Below, piece after piece: positions 13,798 through 26,669 of a stretch of 64,000 nucleotides of DNA. A program made the position numbers and the translations under genes. The notes under the pieces were generated by a model. It had not been told where the DNA came from and searched no databases. It saw only the letters and a program-made list of their open reading frames with translations. Source of the stretch: the human T2T-CHM13v2.0 reference genome, Homo sapiens; NCBI RefSeq assembly GCF_009914755.1, contig NC_060927.1; one strand, 5' to 3'. Within the stretch, counting starts at the first letter, position 1. Every line of letters starts with the position of its first letter.

Positions 13798-14153
13798 TGT
13801 TATGGACTGAATTGTGTCTGCTTAAATTCATAAATTGAAGCCCTATCCCCCAGTGTAAGGGTACTTGGGGAGGGGGGCCTTTGGGAGGTCATGAGGGTAG
13901 GGTCCGGGTCTGATGGGCTTAGTGCCCTTGTAAGAGGAGACACAAGAGTGCTTTCTCTGTCTCTTCCTGCCATGCAGAGACACAGCTAGAAGGTGGCTGT
14001 CTGCAAGTCAGGAAGAGATCGTTCACCAGACAAGACCTGCTGGTACCCTGATCTTGGATTTCTAGACTCCAGAACTGTGAGAAAATAAAATTTCTGTTGT
14101 TTAAGCAACCCAGACTGTGGTATTTTGTTCTGGCAGCCAGAGCTGACTAATAC
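13798..14153 (+). mobile_element. MaLR solo LTR, MLT1A-like
   Basis: tgttatggactgaattgtgtc...ccagaactgtgagaaaataaaatttctgttg...ctaataca. Confidence 0.88.
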
Positions 14154-15734
14154 ATGTTCCAATAATGTCCTTTATAATATTTTCTCCAGCCCTATCAAGA
14201 TCTAATCATGAATCATGCATTACATTTACTTATCATGTCTCTTTAGTCTCCTTTAATCTGGAACAGTTCCTCAGCCTTTTACTATTTTGTTGTTTATGAC
14301 ACTGGCATCTTTGAAGACCACAGGTCAGTTATTTTGTATATTATCCCTCAGTTTGGGTTTGTCTGATGTTTCTCATGATTAGATTTGGGTTGTACATTTT
14401 GAGCAGGAATACTTACATAAGTAGAATTATGTCCATCTTAATGCGTCATATCGAGACGCATGATATCAGTTTGTCTCATTTTCAGCCGTTACCTAAGCTA
14501 AGCTTTTGTTAAAAGTTTGTAAACTCACTGTTGAAAAAGCTGTCAGAATAGGTGGCTAGTATGCAGTGTTGAAGACCTTGAAACCCAGCTCTAAGGATTA
14601 AAGAACAATTAGCAACATGTGATTTTGTGTCTGACACTTGATATTGACCAAATATGCCTAAAAGTGATCTCCTTTGCTCCTAACAGCAGCACAAATCCAA
14701 TAGTTCACAAATTAGAACATTTTGAGTGTGACTAATGGTTTAGGAACATTTCACTTTTCACTTTCTCTTTCATCTTTCTCTCCATTCACATGTACTGAGA
14801 ATTATTATTATTATTATTAAACCTGGGCTTTATCTTCCTTATCTATAAAACAAAGAGGTTGGTGGTGATGATTGATAAAGTTCTCGGTTCTTCCCAGTAT
14901 CTACCATTCTTAGTAACACAGGCAGAGCACGTGGAATTTGTGAAATATATAGCCTGGAATTTAGGAAATAGAAAAATACCCTTGCAAGAAAGAAATGATG
15001 GGGAAGAGCTTTGCCTCAATGTTCAGCATCCAGGAAGGGAAGGTTTTGAATAAAAGGTTGCCTCAACACAATTTAGAACCATTCTTACATGTTTCTCTGC
15101 TTTTTTGGCCACTGGACTATTTCATGAGAGATGGCTCTTATGCTTGGGAGGGCATAGAAGTTCTCACTTTATGAAATTTTTAAAGTTGCTACTTCTGGAA
15201 CATAGACAATTTTTAAAAATCTAAGTTATTTTCTACATTCTTATTGGAGCTGACCTGAAATGCCCTCTATGTCTTCTACTTGGAGAAATATTTGATGTTT
15301 AATTTTTCCTTGTTCATTTGGTGTGCTAATGTTTCTCCTTGATATAAAAACGTTGGTTTATTAATTTTAAATTGAACCTGAACTGCTATCCAAGGTTCAT
15401 GCCAGACTTTCTAGGTGTTTGTTGGGAGACAGCTGGCAAATGGGCTGTTTCCAAATGACTGCCTGGTTTCCAGATAAAGAAGAATTCTACTAAATTTTAG
15501 AATAGCCTCAGCTCAGAGCCAAGAGGAGGGATAAGGAAGGAGAACTACTTGGCTCAGAAGACATTCTGAAAAAACTTCAGTGTGTCACTGAAAATGGAGC
15601 AGAGAGACAATGCTGGGCATTTGTGCAAACTCATTGCCTCTGTAGAACTTTAAAAACAGACCTTCCACATAATCGCATTACAGATAAGTAAACTGAAGTC
15701 CAAGGAGTTGTCTTGTTCAGTATCAAACAGCTAG

Positions 15735-15960
15735 TAATAATATTAGCTACCATTTTCTAAGGATCTACTATGTGCCTTGCACTTTACATATATTGTCTTT
15801 AATTCTCACAGCACCCCATGATAAATTATGACTCTTATTTAGACATTAAAAATCAGAATGAGCAAAGTTAAATAACTTGTCCCTGCTTATCCAGCTAGTA
15901 CGTAGCAGAGCCTGGTCTCAAACCCAGGCCTGTCAGATATTCAACTCCCTGCATGTTCTT
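15735..15960 (-). mobile_element. MIR
   Basis: ctactatgtgcc...gttaaataacttgtcc...agctagta...tcaaacccagg. Confidence 0.8.
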
Positions 15961-16039
15961 GCACTACATCATTGACAAGGAGAGGCTAGCCAGAATGCCT
16001 ATGTATTCTTTCTTCCTATCTCTTACTGTCCTGTGAGAG

Positions 16040-16260
16040 ATATGTGGAACTTGTGTGAATGGATGCTATTTGAATTCTTCAAATGGATTTACCCTGTAAG
16101 AGCACTTATTATGTATTGTTTTTATTTATTTAATTTCCTGTCTGCCCTCATCCTGACCATAAGTCCTCTAAGGCAAGAATCATGGCTTTTGTCCACAGTT
16201 AAACTTCGTGCACCAGCACAGTGCCTAGAACATAGAAGGTGTTCAATAAATGCTCATTGG
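16040..16260 (+). mobile_element. L2 3' end
   Basis: cagcacagtgcctagaacatagaaggtgttcaataaatg. Confidence 0.65.
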
Positions 16261-16443
16261 GAAGAAAGAAAGAAGGGAAAGAGGGAGAGGAAGAAAGGAG
16301 AATAAGAGAGAAAGAGAGAGAATGGAAGGAGGAAATAAAGGAAGAAAACTGTAGACAAAACAAGCAGAGCTCTCACTTGGTAAGATTATTAAGGCTTACC
16401 TGCTTGTTGCAAATCGCAGAGGAATGTAATTTAGTGATTTCTC

Positions 16444-16444
<1 letters not shown>

Positions 16445-16476
<32 letters not shown>
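16445..16476. repeat. (CA)n microsatellite
   Basis: Directly visible. Confidence 0.98.
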
Positions 16477-16479
<3 letters not shown>

Positions 16480-17359
16480 TACATTTTGGTTTTATCTACG
16501 ACCAAGAAAATTGCAAACAACCTAATTACTCAAAAATTGGTGGATGAATAAGTAAATTAGGTGCATCTACTCAATGAAAGAATATGCAAATATTAAAAAA
16601 TAATTGTTAGAAAGACTAGACAGAAACACAGGAAAATGTATTGGTTAGGATAGGTTTAGTGGTTTAAAAGGAAACAGAATACTAAAATGTAGAGATATGC
16701 AGATGAATAAAGACAAAGAGTGCATACATAGATAAGAGTTTTATCTTATGCTTCTTTAAATCCATAGGGCCAAATATAATGTCGGGCACACCATTAAGGT
16801 AAAAAATAAAAATAATCATGATTTATTGAGCATTTTATGCTGATTTCCAATATGGAGTAACAGGAACTGGATTTACCCTACTGCTTTATACCACTAATGA
16901 AACAAACAAAATATATGGAAAAATGATTTTCAGAGATCAGGAAACAGGCTGCATAGTATAACAATCCCTGAGAACAGGGAAACGAACAAGGTGAACCCTA
17001 TGACTGCCCCAGCTTATTGCCTGGAGAGAGTTTTCAGGCTACTCCGCAGGGAGAGGGAATCCAGACAGAACCTCGAGGTCTCTCTGAGTTGAGGAGATGA
17101 GCTGAGAATTAAGGACGGCCAAAGCAACTCTAACTGGACTGAGTTACTAAGAGGAGAGAGCTGCGCAGAGAAAGGACACCTAGAGGTCTGCAGGTAGTCC
17201 CCTTTGAGTCTTCCAGTGAGGGCTGATCAGTGTATGCAAGTGAAGAAACTATCGCGGGCAAGGAAAGAACTACTGGAAAGGAACAGACCAGGATTATTAA
17301 TTCATGCTCTCATGGAAAGCCACAGTGGAAAGACCTTGCAAGGATTCTATTTTTATTTT

Positions 17360-17990
17360 TTGAAAAGCATAACAAATTTATTTAACAAATTTGGGAAGAT
17401 TTTGTTTGTTTGTTTTTAGTAGAGACAGGTTTTCACCATGTTGGCCAGGCTGGTTGTGAACTCTAGCCTCAAGCGATCTGATCCGCCTGCCTTGGCCTCC
17501 CAAAGTACTGGGATTACAGGTGTGAGCCACCATGCCTGGCCTATTTAACAAAGTTTTATGTGACATGGGAGCCTTCAGAAATGAAGACCCAAAGACACCC
17601 AGGAAAAAGTCTACTTTTATGCTAAGTTTGACAAAAGAAGTGGATAGCTGTGGGGAAACGTGATTGGACAAAAGGAGTATGAGCTAATGGTAATCAATTG
17701 AAGGGAACTCAGCAAGGCCTGTCTGTTCAGATTTTACTTGGCCTCTCTGTGTAACATTCCTTCCCCTGGGTATGGGGAAGAACTCTCTGGAATGAAGGTC
17801 TTGTGATGTACTTTTGGGAGAAGTAGGTCAGAGTATGACCTTTCTAAGTTTTATAGCTTGCTCTGGAGGAGAGGAGTTCTAGTTTCTATGACCTACCTTA
17901 GGAGAGAAGAATTCAGGTTTCTATGACACGCCTTGGGGGAGAAAGGGAGTGGGAGAGAGGAGGGCCAGAGAAGGTCAGAGAGACCTTAGA
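17360..17990 (-). mobile_element. ERV1 LTR fragment, MER39-like
   Basis: aaaagcataacaaatttattt...gaaatgaagacccaaaga...agcaaggcctgtctgttcagatt...aaggtcagagagacctt. Confidence 0.7.
17401..17541 (-). mobile_element. Alu left monomer (FLAM-like)
   Basis: agtagagacaggttttcaccatgttggcc...gccaccatgcctggcc; TSD tatttaacaaa. Confidence 0.9.
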
Positions 17991-18436
17991 CAAAGATTTT
18001 TAAACAATTATAACTACAGCCCATAAGTTCAAAGAGTTAGAGAAAAGCATAAGCAAGTTAAGTAGAGGAAGATAGAAAAATATGTAATTTGAACTACTAG
18101 AGATGAAAACTAAAATGTCTTGTAGGGCAAATACATTGAACAGAATCAACAGCAGACTAGACACTGGTAAGGTAAAGATTAGAGAACTTGAGGACATAGA
18201 AATAGGAACTCTCCAAAATAAAACACAGGGAGACAAAAGACTAAACTAAAAGTAATATAGCATTAGCAAACAGTGAGACAACTTCAAGGAAACTGAAAAA
18301 CATGTAATTGGAGTTTCGGAAGGAGAGGTAGAGATAAAAAAAATGATGAAATAATGAATGCTTCTAAATTATAAACTATAAACTGGCAGATCCAAGAAGC
18401 TCAGTTGACTTTCAAACCCAAGATATTTGGGTTTGA

Positions 18437-18562
18437 AGGAGGGATAAGGAAGGAGAACTACTTGGCTCAGAAGACATTCTGAAAAAACTTCAGTGTGTCA
18501 CTGAAAATGGAGCAGAAAAACAATGCTGGGCATTTGTGCAAACTCATTGCCTCTGTAGAACT
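18437..18562 (+). repeat. Local duplicate of unique sequence 15524-15649
   Basis: 126 bp, offset 2913, 2 substitutions. Confidence 0.97.
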
Positions 18563-19379
18563 GTACACCAAATCACCTAATAATCGAATTGCTTTAAAAT
18601 AATGATAAAGAGAGAGTCTTCAAAGCAGCCAGAGGAAAAAAGACCTACTGTATACAAAGGAATGAAGATAAGAATGACAGCAAACTTCCCATCAGAAATA
18701 ATGCAGGCCAGAAGACAGTGGATCACAGCAATCCATACCAAGAGATAAAAGTCAATCTAAAATCCTATGCCCAGAAATAGTATCTTTTATAAATGAAGAT
18801 GAAATAAAGACTTTTTCAGACATACAAAAGCTGATGGAGTTCATTACAAGGAGATCTGCTCTATTAAAATATCAAAGGTAATCTTTCAGGCAGAAGGAAA
18901 ATCATACCAGATGAAAATTTACATGTACAAAAACAAATAAAGAACACAGAAATTCATTAGTATGTGGGCAGAAAAAGCATAGGGTGTTTTTTTCTTCTTT
19001 TTTCCTGAGCATTTACTGTGTACCAGACACTCTGGTAGTTGTTTTGCATACAAAACTCATCTTTAAGTTAACCCTGGAAAGTGAGACTAAATGAGCTGAA
19101 GGTTACACATCCTAATTAGTGTTAAGGTCAGGATTGGTAGCCAAGAATTATTCCAAAACACATAGCAGATTCAATAAGCAGATGTTTGAGAATTTGAATA
19201 AATGCCTTAGCAAAAATCAAGCCTGAAATATTTGACTTTCAAACATAAGACTATAGAATCTGACAGCCTCCAAGAAAAGCCCTGAATATTTTTTTTAAGT
19301 TTCTGAATAAAATTTCCCAGGGAAGTAAGAGCACGCATAAAAGTAACTAAAATTAACACTTGTTTATAGTTTATAGTAT

Positions 19380-20180
19380 AAGATGGTGGACTGAGCACTC
19401 ACTGCAACACATGCCCTCCCCCTCCCACATACCCTGCCAAAAAACGCTAAGGAGTATCAGTGGACCCTCATAGAGAAACTAACAGTATCTGTATGAAAAA
19501 ATATAAAGGTTAGGTAGCAATGCAAGAAGCTACCATCTTGGTAAGAAATCTATTGCAGAAAAAAAAAATGGGTGCACAACCAAGAAGCATCAGCATTTGA
19601 GGAAAGTCAGTGTCATGAAAGAAAAGAGCAGGAATAGATGCAAAAAAAAAATAAGTTAAAAAAGCTACATAGAAAGAAACACAGTTAAAGCAGTCAGAAG
19701 AGAAATTTAAAATAATTAGATTAAAAATCTCCAGTGAGATAAAGAAAGAATTGCATCTGTGTGCCGGGCATGGTGGCTCATGCCTATAGTCCCAGCACTT
19801 CAGGAGGCCGAGGTGGGCAGATCACGAGGTCAGGAGATTGAGACCATCCTGGCTAACACGGTGAAACCCCGTCTCTACTAAAAATACAAAAAATTAGCTT
19901 GGCGTGGTGGCGGGCGCCTGTAGTCCCAGCTACTCAGGAGTCTGAGGCAGGAGAATGGTGTGAACCCGGGAGGCAGAGCTCGCAGTGAGCCAAGATAGCG
20001 CCACTGCACTCCAGCCTGGGCGACAGAGCGAGACTCCATCTCAAAAAAAAAAAAAAAAAAAGTATTGCATCTGTGAAACAGGAAAAAGAATTGCATCTGT
20101 GAAACAAGAAGAAGAGATTATAAAACAAGAATAAGATGTCATGAGGAAGAATGAATTAGCAGTCTTGGAAAGAAAACTCC
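19380..20180 (+). mobile_element. HAL1-like LINE fragment interrupted by AluY
   Basis: gagataaagaaagaattgcatctgtgaaacaagaa...tcttggaa resembles the HAL1 ORF. Confidence 0.55.
19762..20061 (+). mobile_element. AluY
   Basis: Diagnostic gatcacgaggtcaggagat, catcctggctaacacggtg, gaatggtgtgaacccgggagg; A-tail; TSD aaagaattgcatctgtg. Confidence 0.95.
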
Positions 20181-22089
20181 TAATTTACAGGGAGGCAAAA
20201 CTGTTCAGGTGTCAAAGGGTCATGTTTTTCAATTTTCTAATGGGAAAAACTGACTGCTGTGGTAGCTATGGTCAACTTATGAAAGACCTGAAAACTATAG
20301 AGTAAAAACAGTCAAGTTTCATCAGAATCAAATTACTAAGGAGACTCCTACAGAGATTTTCTTGTTAACCATTTTTCTCCCCACTTTTATTTAGTGTAAG
20401 GGGAAAAGGCTGTCATAGTAAGTGATTTTTCCAAGAGTGTAGTGTTCTCTTTAATAACTGACAGAATATGGCAGGAGAGACACACAGACTGTTGGCCCAT
20501 GGCATCATGGGCCCACATAGCTGATTTGGTCTGTGCAGTAACAATGGTTAGGAGTGAAATGATGTGTTGAATAGTTCCATGTTGTCCTTAACCCTCTTGT
20601 TATGATGGACCATGCAAATTAATGCCTGTGAAGGAACAAGCAAATGAAAGACTTCCTAGAATTTTAATGAGCCCTCAAATAAAGGCTTTTGAGGAGGTCA
20701 TTTCATCTCTCACAAATTAGCAAGAAGAAAAACAAACACAATGGTGAAAAGCACTAAAGATTCAGATTAAGCAGCTGGATTTAAACATGCTGAGACACAA
20801 GACAGTCAGGGCTTTGAATTGCTATTGGCTCTGAAGCAAGAACTTTCTCTCATCTGTGCTGAACAAACATCACCCAGGATGCGGGGAGCTGGAGCCAGTT
20901 GTGTGATCATGGGAATAACCCCAGAATGCCAATGGCAACCTGACTGTAAGGGTAGGCAATGAGGCATGTGTAATCCAGGCAACAATACTTCGGTACACTG
21001 ACATGGCCCAGAATCTCCAAGGCTTATTGGACCTCACTTCTTGCCTGCTGTTCTTGAAAGGATTTTGATAAAGTTTCAGCAACTTGATAAAGGATTATCC
21101 AAAAACCTGTGGAAGCTTTCTTTGTATTTAAGTCAGATTGGATAAATTTTTTATTAAAATAAAACAATTTTTTTGAAGAACTATTGATAGATCATTTTAG
21201 GAATCTGTAAACAAGTTTTGTCTATGTAGTCTTATTAAATGATGATATTAAAGACGTCATCATGGCTGCATAATGATCATCATTCTAACTATTCTAAATA
21301 ACAGGAGTAAGAAATAAGAAGAAATGGGCAAAATTCAATTTTTTTAATCTGGCTTGCAAAATACTGCTTCTTGTAAAAGGCTCAAAGGAAAAAAGGGTCT
21401 TGTAAACCAATAATTTGGTCAATGCTATATGTCTTTCTTGGAAATTCAAAATTCTGATTCAAATATTAAGGACCCTTCCTGAGAAGGCCTACAGTAAAGA
21501 AATTGTAAACTTTGTGAAGCCTAGAACTTTTGAAGCTTATTTGTTCATAGATCTATTTGTCTGCCCGTTTATCCATCCATCCATCCATCTGTCTATTTAT
21601 ATATGATTATATTTCATGAAACTAGTGTTCCACAGAGCACTCTTTGGAAAACATGATACACTAGACATACTTTAAATCACTTCTTCCCATTTCTGTGAAG
21701 CTTTCCTCAACTCCTCAACCAGAATGACCGATACGGTCCTCTGCATTCCAATAGGACTTTCCACAAATCACTTATAGGATGCATAATGAGATTAAATGAA
21801 AGTGTGAGGAATGACTTTGATGACTATAATAGCTAATAGACTATGTGTGTCTTCTCAGACTACACACTCCTCTAGGCATGAAATATTTTCTTATTTATTT
21901 TATATTCTGAGCACATAGTGGATTGTTAAGTATTTGTTCAATCGTGTGGCCTGTGGGTGAGCCAGGCATAGCTACCTATTTGTTGGAGAAACCCTATTAA
22001 CTCATCAAATACGGAAATAAAAATATTTTCCTCATTTCTTTATAATAGTTTTATAGAGAAACAGGTTGGTATGTTTTGCTTAAGCCCAT

Positions 22090-22790
22090 CCTTACTTGTC
22101 TGAAACAACAGAGGATGCAGGCAGCAGGCACAAGGAAGGGTGAGAAAGGTATACATTGAAACCCCAGATAATTCTCTCACTGCAACAGAGGTAAGAGAAT
22201 CTCTTCCCCACTAGACATTTTAACAAAGGTACTTTGGTTACAAGGGACAGCAACTGGTTTAAGTGAGCTTCAGTTTTTAAAAAAGAGCTATGGAAATGAT
22301 ATAGATTAAGAGGAATCACATAGAGTCTAAGTTACACTAAGTTTAGCTGGACTGTTAAGTCTTTAGGTTACAGCTCTTGCTTCTTTCTTGGTCTACACAG
22401 TCTCTCATTTTCACTTTTCCCTGCAGAAGGTCCATTCTCTTGCAGACTGCCTTTGTCTGCAGGGCTTATAGTTTCTGCTTCCTCACGACTTCAGCTCACA
22501 CTTAGGCCAGAGTCAACTTTGGCCCTGAGTCTGTGACTTCTGAGATCTCAGGCACATCACTCTTTGATTACTGTATCTGTATCTGTTCATTCAAACTGTA
22601 AGGAAAAATCTGGCTGAACCCAACCAATGTTTTGGTTGCCCTTAAGTTAGCCACCTACCCTTGGTCTGATCAGCTGTGGCTTGGTCATGTAGTATGAAGG
22701 AGTGATCCCCCACATGTGTGAACAGGGAAGTTTGAGTGAGAAGAGAGGTCAAGCATTGCTGGAAAATTGACATGTCAGCCCCATTTCACC
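22090..22790 (-). mobile_element. Old MaLR LTR (MLT1K/N-like)
   Basis: acccttggtctgatcagctgtggc...ggtcatgtag motif; boundaries uncertain. Confidence 0.45.
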
Positions 22791-24285
22791 ACCACACATG
22801 CTATACCTGCCAGGCACAGTCACTATAGAGATGCTCATGAATATCAATGTGGATTAATTTAGTCTCTTTTAAGATTTATACCCTTACTTCTCAGGAAGAA
22901 GTGAAATAGCAAAGTCTTATAGTACTTAAAAGGCAACAGACAAGATAAGGTTTGAAGTAAGCAGGACCACTGGTATTCATCAAATGAAATAATTAGCCAT
23001 TAAGTAACAAAAGTTAACATAGCATAAGAAAGTATTATTTTATGCATATTTTTGTTTTTTCAACATCCACTCCAGTTGCTTAAGATGAGTTGACAAAAGA
23101 ATTTTGGCTAAAACAGAAGGCTTTTTCCACATACCTAGGATTCTCTGAGTGGTCTGTCTAAAATAATGCACAGTGCGGTTCAGGTTCCTAAAAAGTTACC
23201 TCCCATTATCCCATAAATTCGTTTTGAGCACTTTCAAAGTATATGTATTGGTTAAAACAAAATTCTATATTTTTTCTTTAATATTGATTCCTTTTTGACA
23301 CCAACAAAATTTTTTTAAACCCTTTGTTCTATATAAGTTTTTAAATGACAGAATTTTTGGGTTTTAGTGTTAAAAGAATCTTAGAACCATCTAATTCAGG
23401 AGTCCCAACCACCAGTTTCCATCCCCTAATTTTAAAGCCAGTCATGGGATCTATAAGCTACTTTTAGTGTTTTTAAATAAGCTTAACAACAATCAACATT
23501 TATCCCTAATAAAACACAGGAGCTAACACACCAGTTTTCCTTGCTTTAGGCTTAAACTTTGTTTGTTCAATGATAACACTGGCAGTTTTACATTAATCAG
23601 AGAATCTGATGGGCAGGGATTATCAGAGGAATCCATTCTTTTTTTCTTCTTGGATTCGTCTATCAGTCCTCAGGAAAAAAACTTCTGCTAACTTCAACTC
23701 TCCTACAGAAAGCTGTGGAGGCAGCTTCCACCCCTCCTTCCATTCCCTTACTTACCCCTCTTCACAGAAAGAGACGAGAGAGAAATCTGCTTGATGAGGG
23801 TGGCCTGATGTTCCCGGGCCTCATCTCTCTGTCGAGCAGGGTTAGTGCATTAAATGTTGTCTCATTGAAGGCTGGATCTCTTGTCACAGCTTCCTTCTGG
23901 AGCTGCCTATGCTTACTCCAAGAGGTACATTGAGCAGTCTCATTGTCCTCTGGCTTCCCTGAAGGTCACTGGCCAAGGCTGGAGTGGCAGTGGAGGTGGC
24001 AAGTGAGGATGGACCCACAATTCCCAGCACCCAGTGAGCCTCTCAGCTGTTTTCTAAGATAGATAAAGGATAGCATTTGATGCCCACTCAACTTAGTACT
24101 TTGCATTTACACAGGATTAGTTAAAGTGTGGAGAAGAAAAGTAATCTGTAGAAGGATTTAAGCACCAGGTCCCTTCTCTAAACTTCTGACAATATCTTCA
24201 ATTTATTTAATTGGGGGGGATGTTATTAACACAAATGAAATTTGATATAGTTTTTTAAAAAAATATATCCATTTGGGAAGAAGGG

Positions 24286-24703
24286 TGTGTTAGGACGTTA
24301 TTGGATTAGAATAAAGAAGTACCAGAGACTGGGTAAGTTATAAAGAAAAGAGGTTTAATTGCCTCATGGTTCTGCAGGCTGTACAGAAAGCATAGCAGCA
24401 TCTGCTTCTGGGGAGGCCTCAGGAAGCTTACAATCATGCCAGAAGGCAAAGTGGGTGCAGGCACATCACATAGTAAAAGCAAGAACAAGAGTGAGAGAGA
24501 GGGGAGTTGCCACACTTTTAAACAACCAGGTCTTGTGAGAACTTGCTCACTATCATGAGAAACAGCACCAAGGGGATGGTACTAAACCATTCATGAAAGC
24601 CACCCCCATGATCCAATCACCTTCCACTAAGTCCCACCTCCAACAATGGGGATTACAATTCAACATGAGGTTTGAGTGGGAACACAGATACAAACTATAT
24701 CCA
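24286..24703 (-). mobile_element. MSTA LTR
   Basis: gagactgggtaagttataaagaaaagaggtttaattg...cccatgatccaatcacc...ggggattacaattcaacatgag. Confidence 0.92.
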
Positions 24704-25026
24704 GGGGGCTTAAAAGGTAGTCATTGATAATAAAAGTTTGGAAAACACCAATCTAGTCTAATTCGTTCATTTTTCAGGCCAGAAAGCTGAGATCCGGGAC
24801 ATTTAAGTCTAAAGAAGTCACATTTCTGGGGAGCAGTAGAAGAGAGCCCTATCTGGAGCCCAGATCTCTTGGCCACCTCTGTGGGGTCTCTTTCCACCCC
24901 ATTACCCTGTCTGAAATCCAACTAGTGAATTAGGTCAGAAGGATCTTGGGATTTAACATTGTTTGAGCTGATGATTCTGATCACTACTCTATGAGAGGAA
25001 ATGTGGGAGTGGGACTCTCTTGAATG

Positions 25027-25203
25027 CAGCAGTTTGTAACTTTGGCAGTTTATAAGATCTACTTGCTGAACTTTAAAAAAATTCCAATGTCCAGGCCACA
25101 TCCCAGGCCAATTAAATGAGAACACAGGAGGTGGGACTCAGGCACTATTATTTTTAAAAGCTCGCCAGGTGATTTTAATGTGCAGCCAAGTAGAGAAGAA
25201 CTG
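25027..25203. mobile_element. MER5-family hAT-Charlie MITE
   Basis: ccaggccacatcccaggccaattaaat...tttttaaaagctcgccaggtgattttaatgtgcagccaag. Confidence 0.8.
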
Positions 25204-26235
25204 CCCTTACATTTTTCTCAGTAAAGACAGATGCAAAGGTTTTGATTAAGAATCACCGTAACCTCAGCCACCCAGAGGGCAATTAGGAAGCACTTCAAAT
25301 TAACTTGACTCCCTATAGCACAATGCCTTATGCATAGAGGTGATCAATAAATATTTGTTGCTGTAGGAAGATATGACACTTAAGCATCAGCTTTGACTTA
25401 AACAAACCACCCAAAATAAGAGAGACCCTTTACTGAAATTTTAAGAGAATTTGGGTTGGTGAGGCAGACTGGAGCCTGTTCTCTTGAACACAACCTTTAT
25501 GTAGAACAAAAAACCTCATTCACTCTGTGGGAGCCCAGAATTTGTACCTGAAATCTACAAAGACCAGACAGGAACTAAATTTGGGTGCTTCTCTCTTTCT
25601 GCTCTTTAAATGGTCTCTTTTCAAAACAGAGAAGACATTTTGGCTAAGTGCCCCCCTTAATCCCAAAGAAAGAGGATGATGGGTGTCAGTGTATCTAAGA
25701 GTGGGAGTAGTCGTGGTGAGCAGATAAGAGTGGTCAGGGTGAGCAGATAAAAAGCTGACACCAAGATGGCTTTGGGTAAAGAGGAATAATTATTTTCTGT
25801 TTTCTCTAGGATTGGGTTCAAGGATAGGATGGGAAAGAACCCAGAACTGGGCAACAGAAAGTAAAAGCTTCCATTCTTTCTTTGCTACTAAAGAGCTGTG
25901 TAATCTTAGAAGTAAAAGTCTGACATCAGTTGTCTTGTTTTTACCTACCTGTATGTGAAAATCAAATTAAGTAGTAAACAGGAATATTGTGTGAGAAGTA
26001 TAATGTTCCCCAAAGATGTAACCAATCTAGACTTTGCCAAAATTGTTATTTAATCCAGATTCAAGAAAGCAAAATCTACACATCTGTACTTCTATTGAAC
26101 AAAACTTAATGAGGAATGTCCACTTCTGAGTGCTGATCTGGGAACTATTGACACGAAGGTGAATTAGGTAGATGTGCTCTCTGACCTCAGGCTCTTTACT
26201 GTACCAAGAAATAAAAAAAAAAAAATTGTACAGAG

Positions 26236-26668
26236 CAGTCAGCCTTTGCTGGGTTATTGGGTATCCTGCAGCAACAACCCCCAAATCTCAGGTGTCTTAC
26301 ATCTACAACTGATTTTCCTTCATTCATGTTTATGATGCTGGTTATGACTTTGCCCACATGTCTTTTCATTCTGAAATCCAGGCTGATGAAGAAATCTTTA
26401 CATGGAATATGCTGTTCCCATGGACAAGGAGAAGCAAAAAGTCTGGTGAAAACACACCAAGGCTTATAAGACTTTCATCAGTCCTAAGGTACATTGCATT
26501 CCCTTCTATTGGCTACAGCAAGTCCTACAGCCAAGCCCACAAGTCCATTATCACTGGGGCAAGGGTACTCCATGAAACCTTGCAAGTTGCATGGCAACAG
26601 GCAGTGATATATAACCCTTATGGGGAAGGAAGTGATTAACTGAGCAGGATAATCGAATCCGTTCCACA
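26236..26668 (-). mobile_element. Old MaLR LTR (MLT1I/J-like)
   Basis: aacaacccccaaatctcag...ccaggctgatgaag...attggctacagcaagtc...ccaagccca. Confidence 0.65.
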
Positions 26669-26669
26669 G

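Larger units (their letters stand above)
16840..18970 (+). mobile_element. Old L1M 5' end/ORF1 remnant, interrupted by an ERV1 LTR and a templated insertion
   Basis: cagatccaagaagctcag, gcagccagaggaaaaaagac, agataagaatgacagcaaacttcccatcagaaa, gaaataaagactttttcagaca are L1 ORF1 motifs. Confidence 0.8.
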
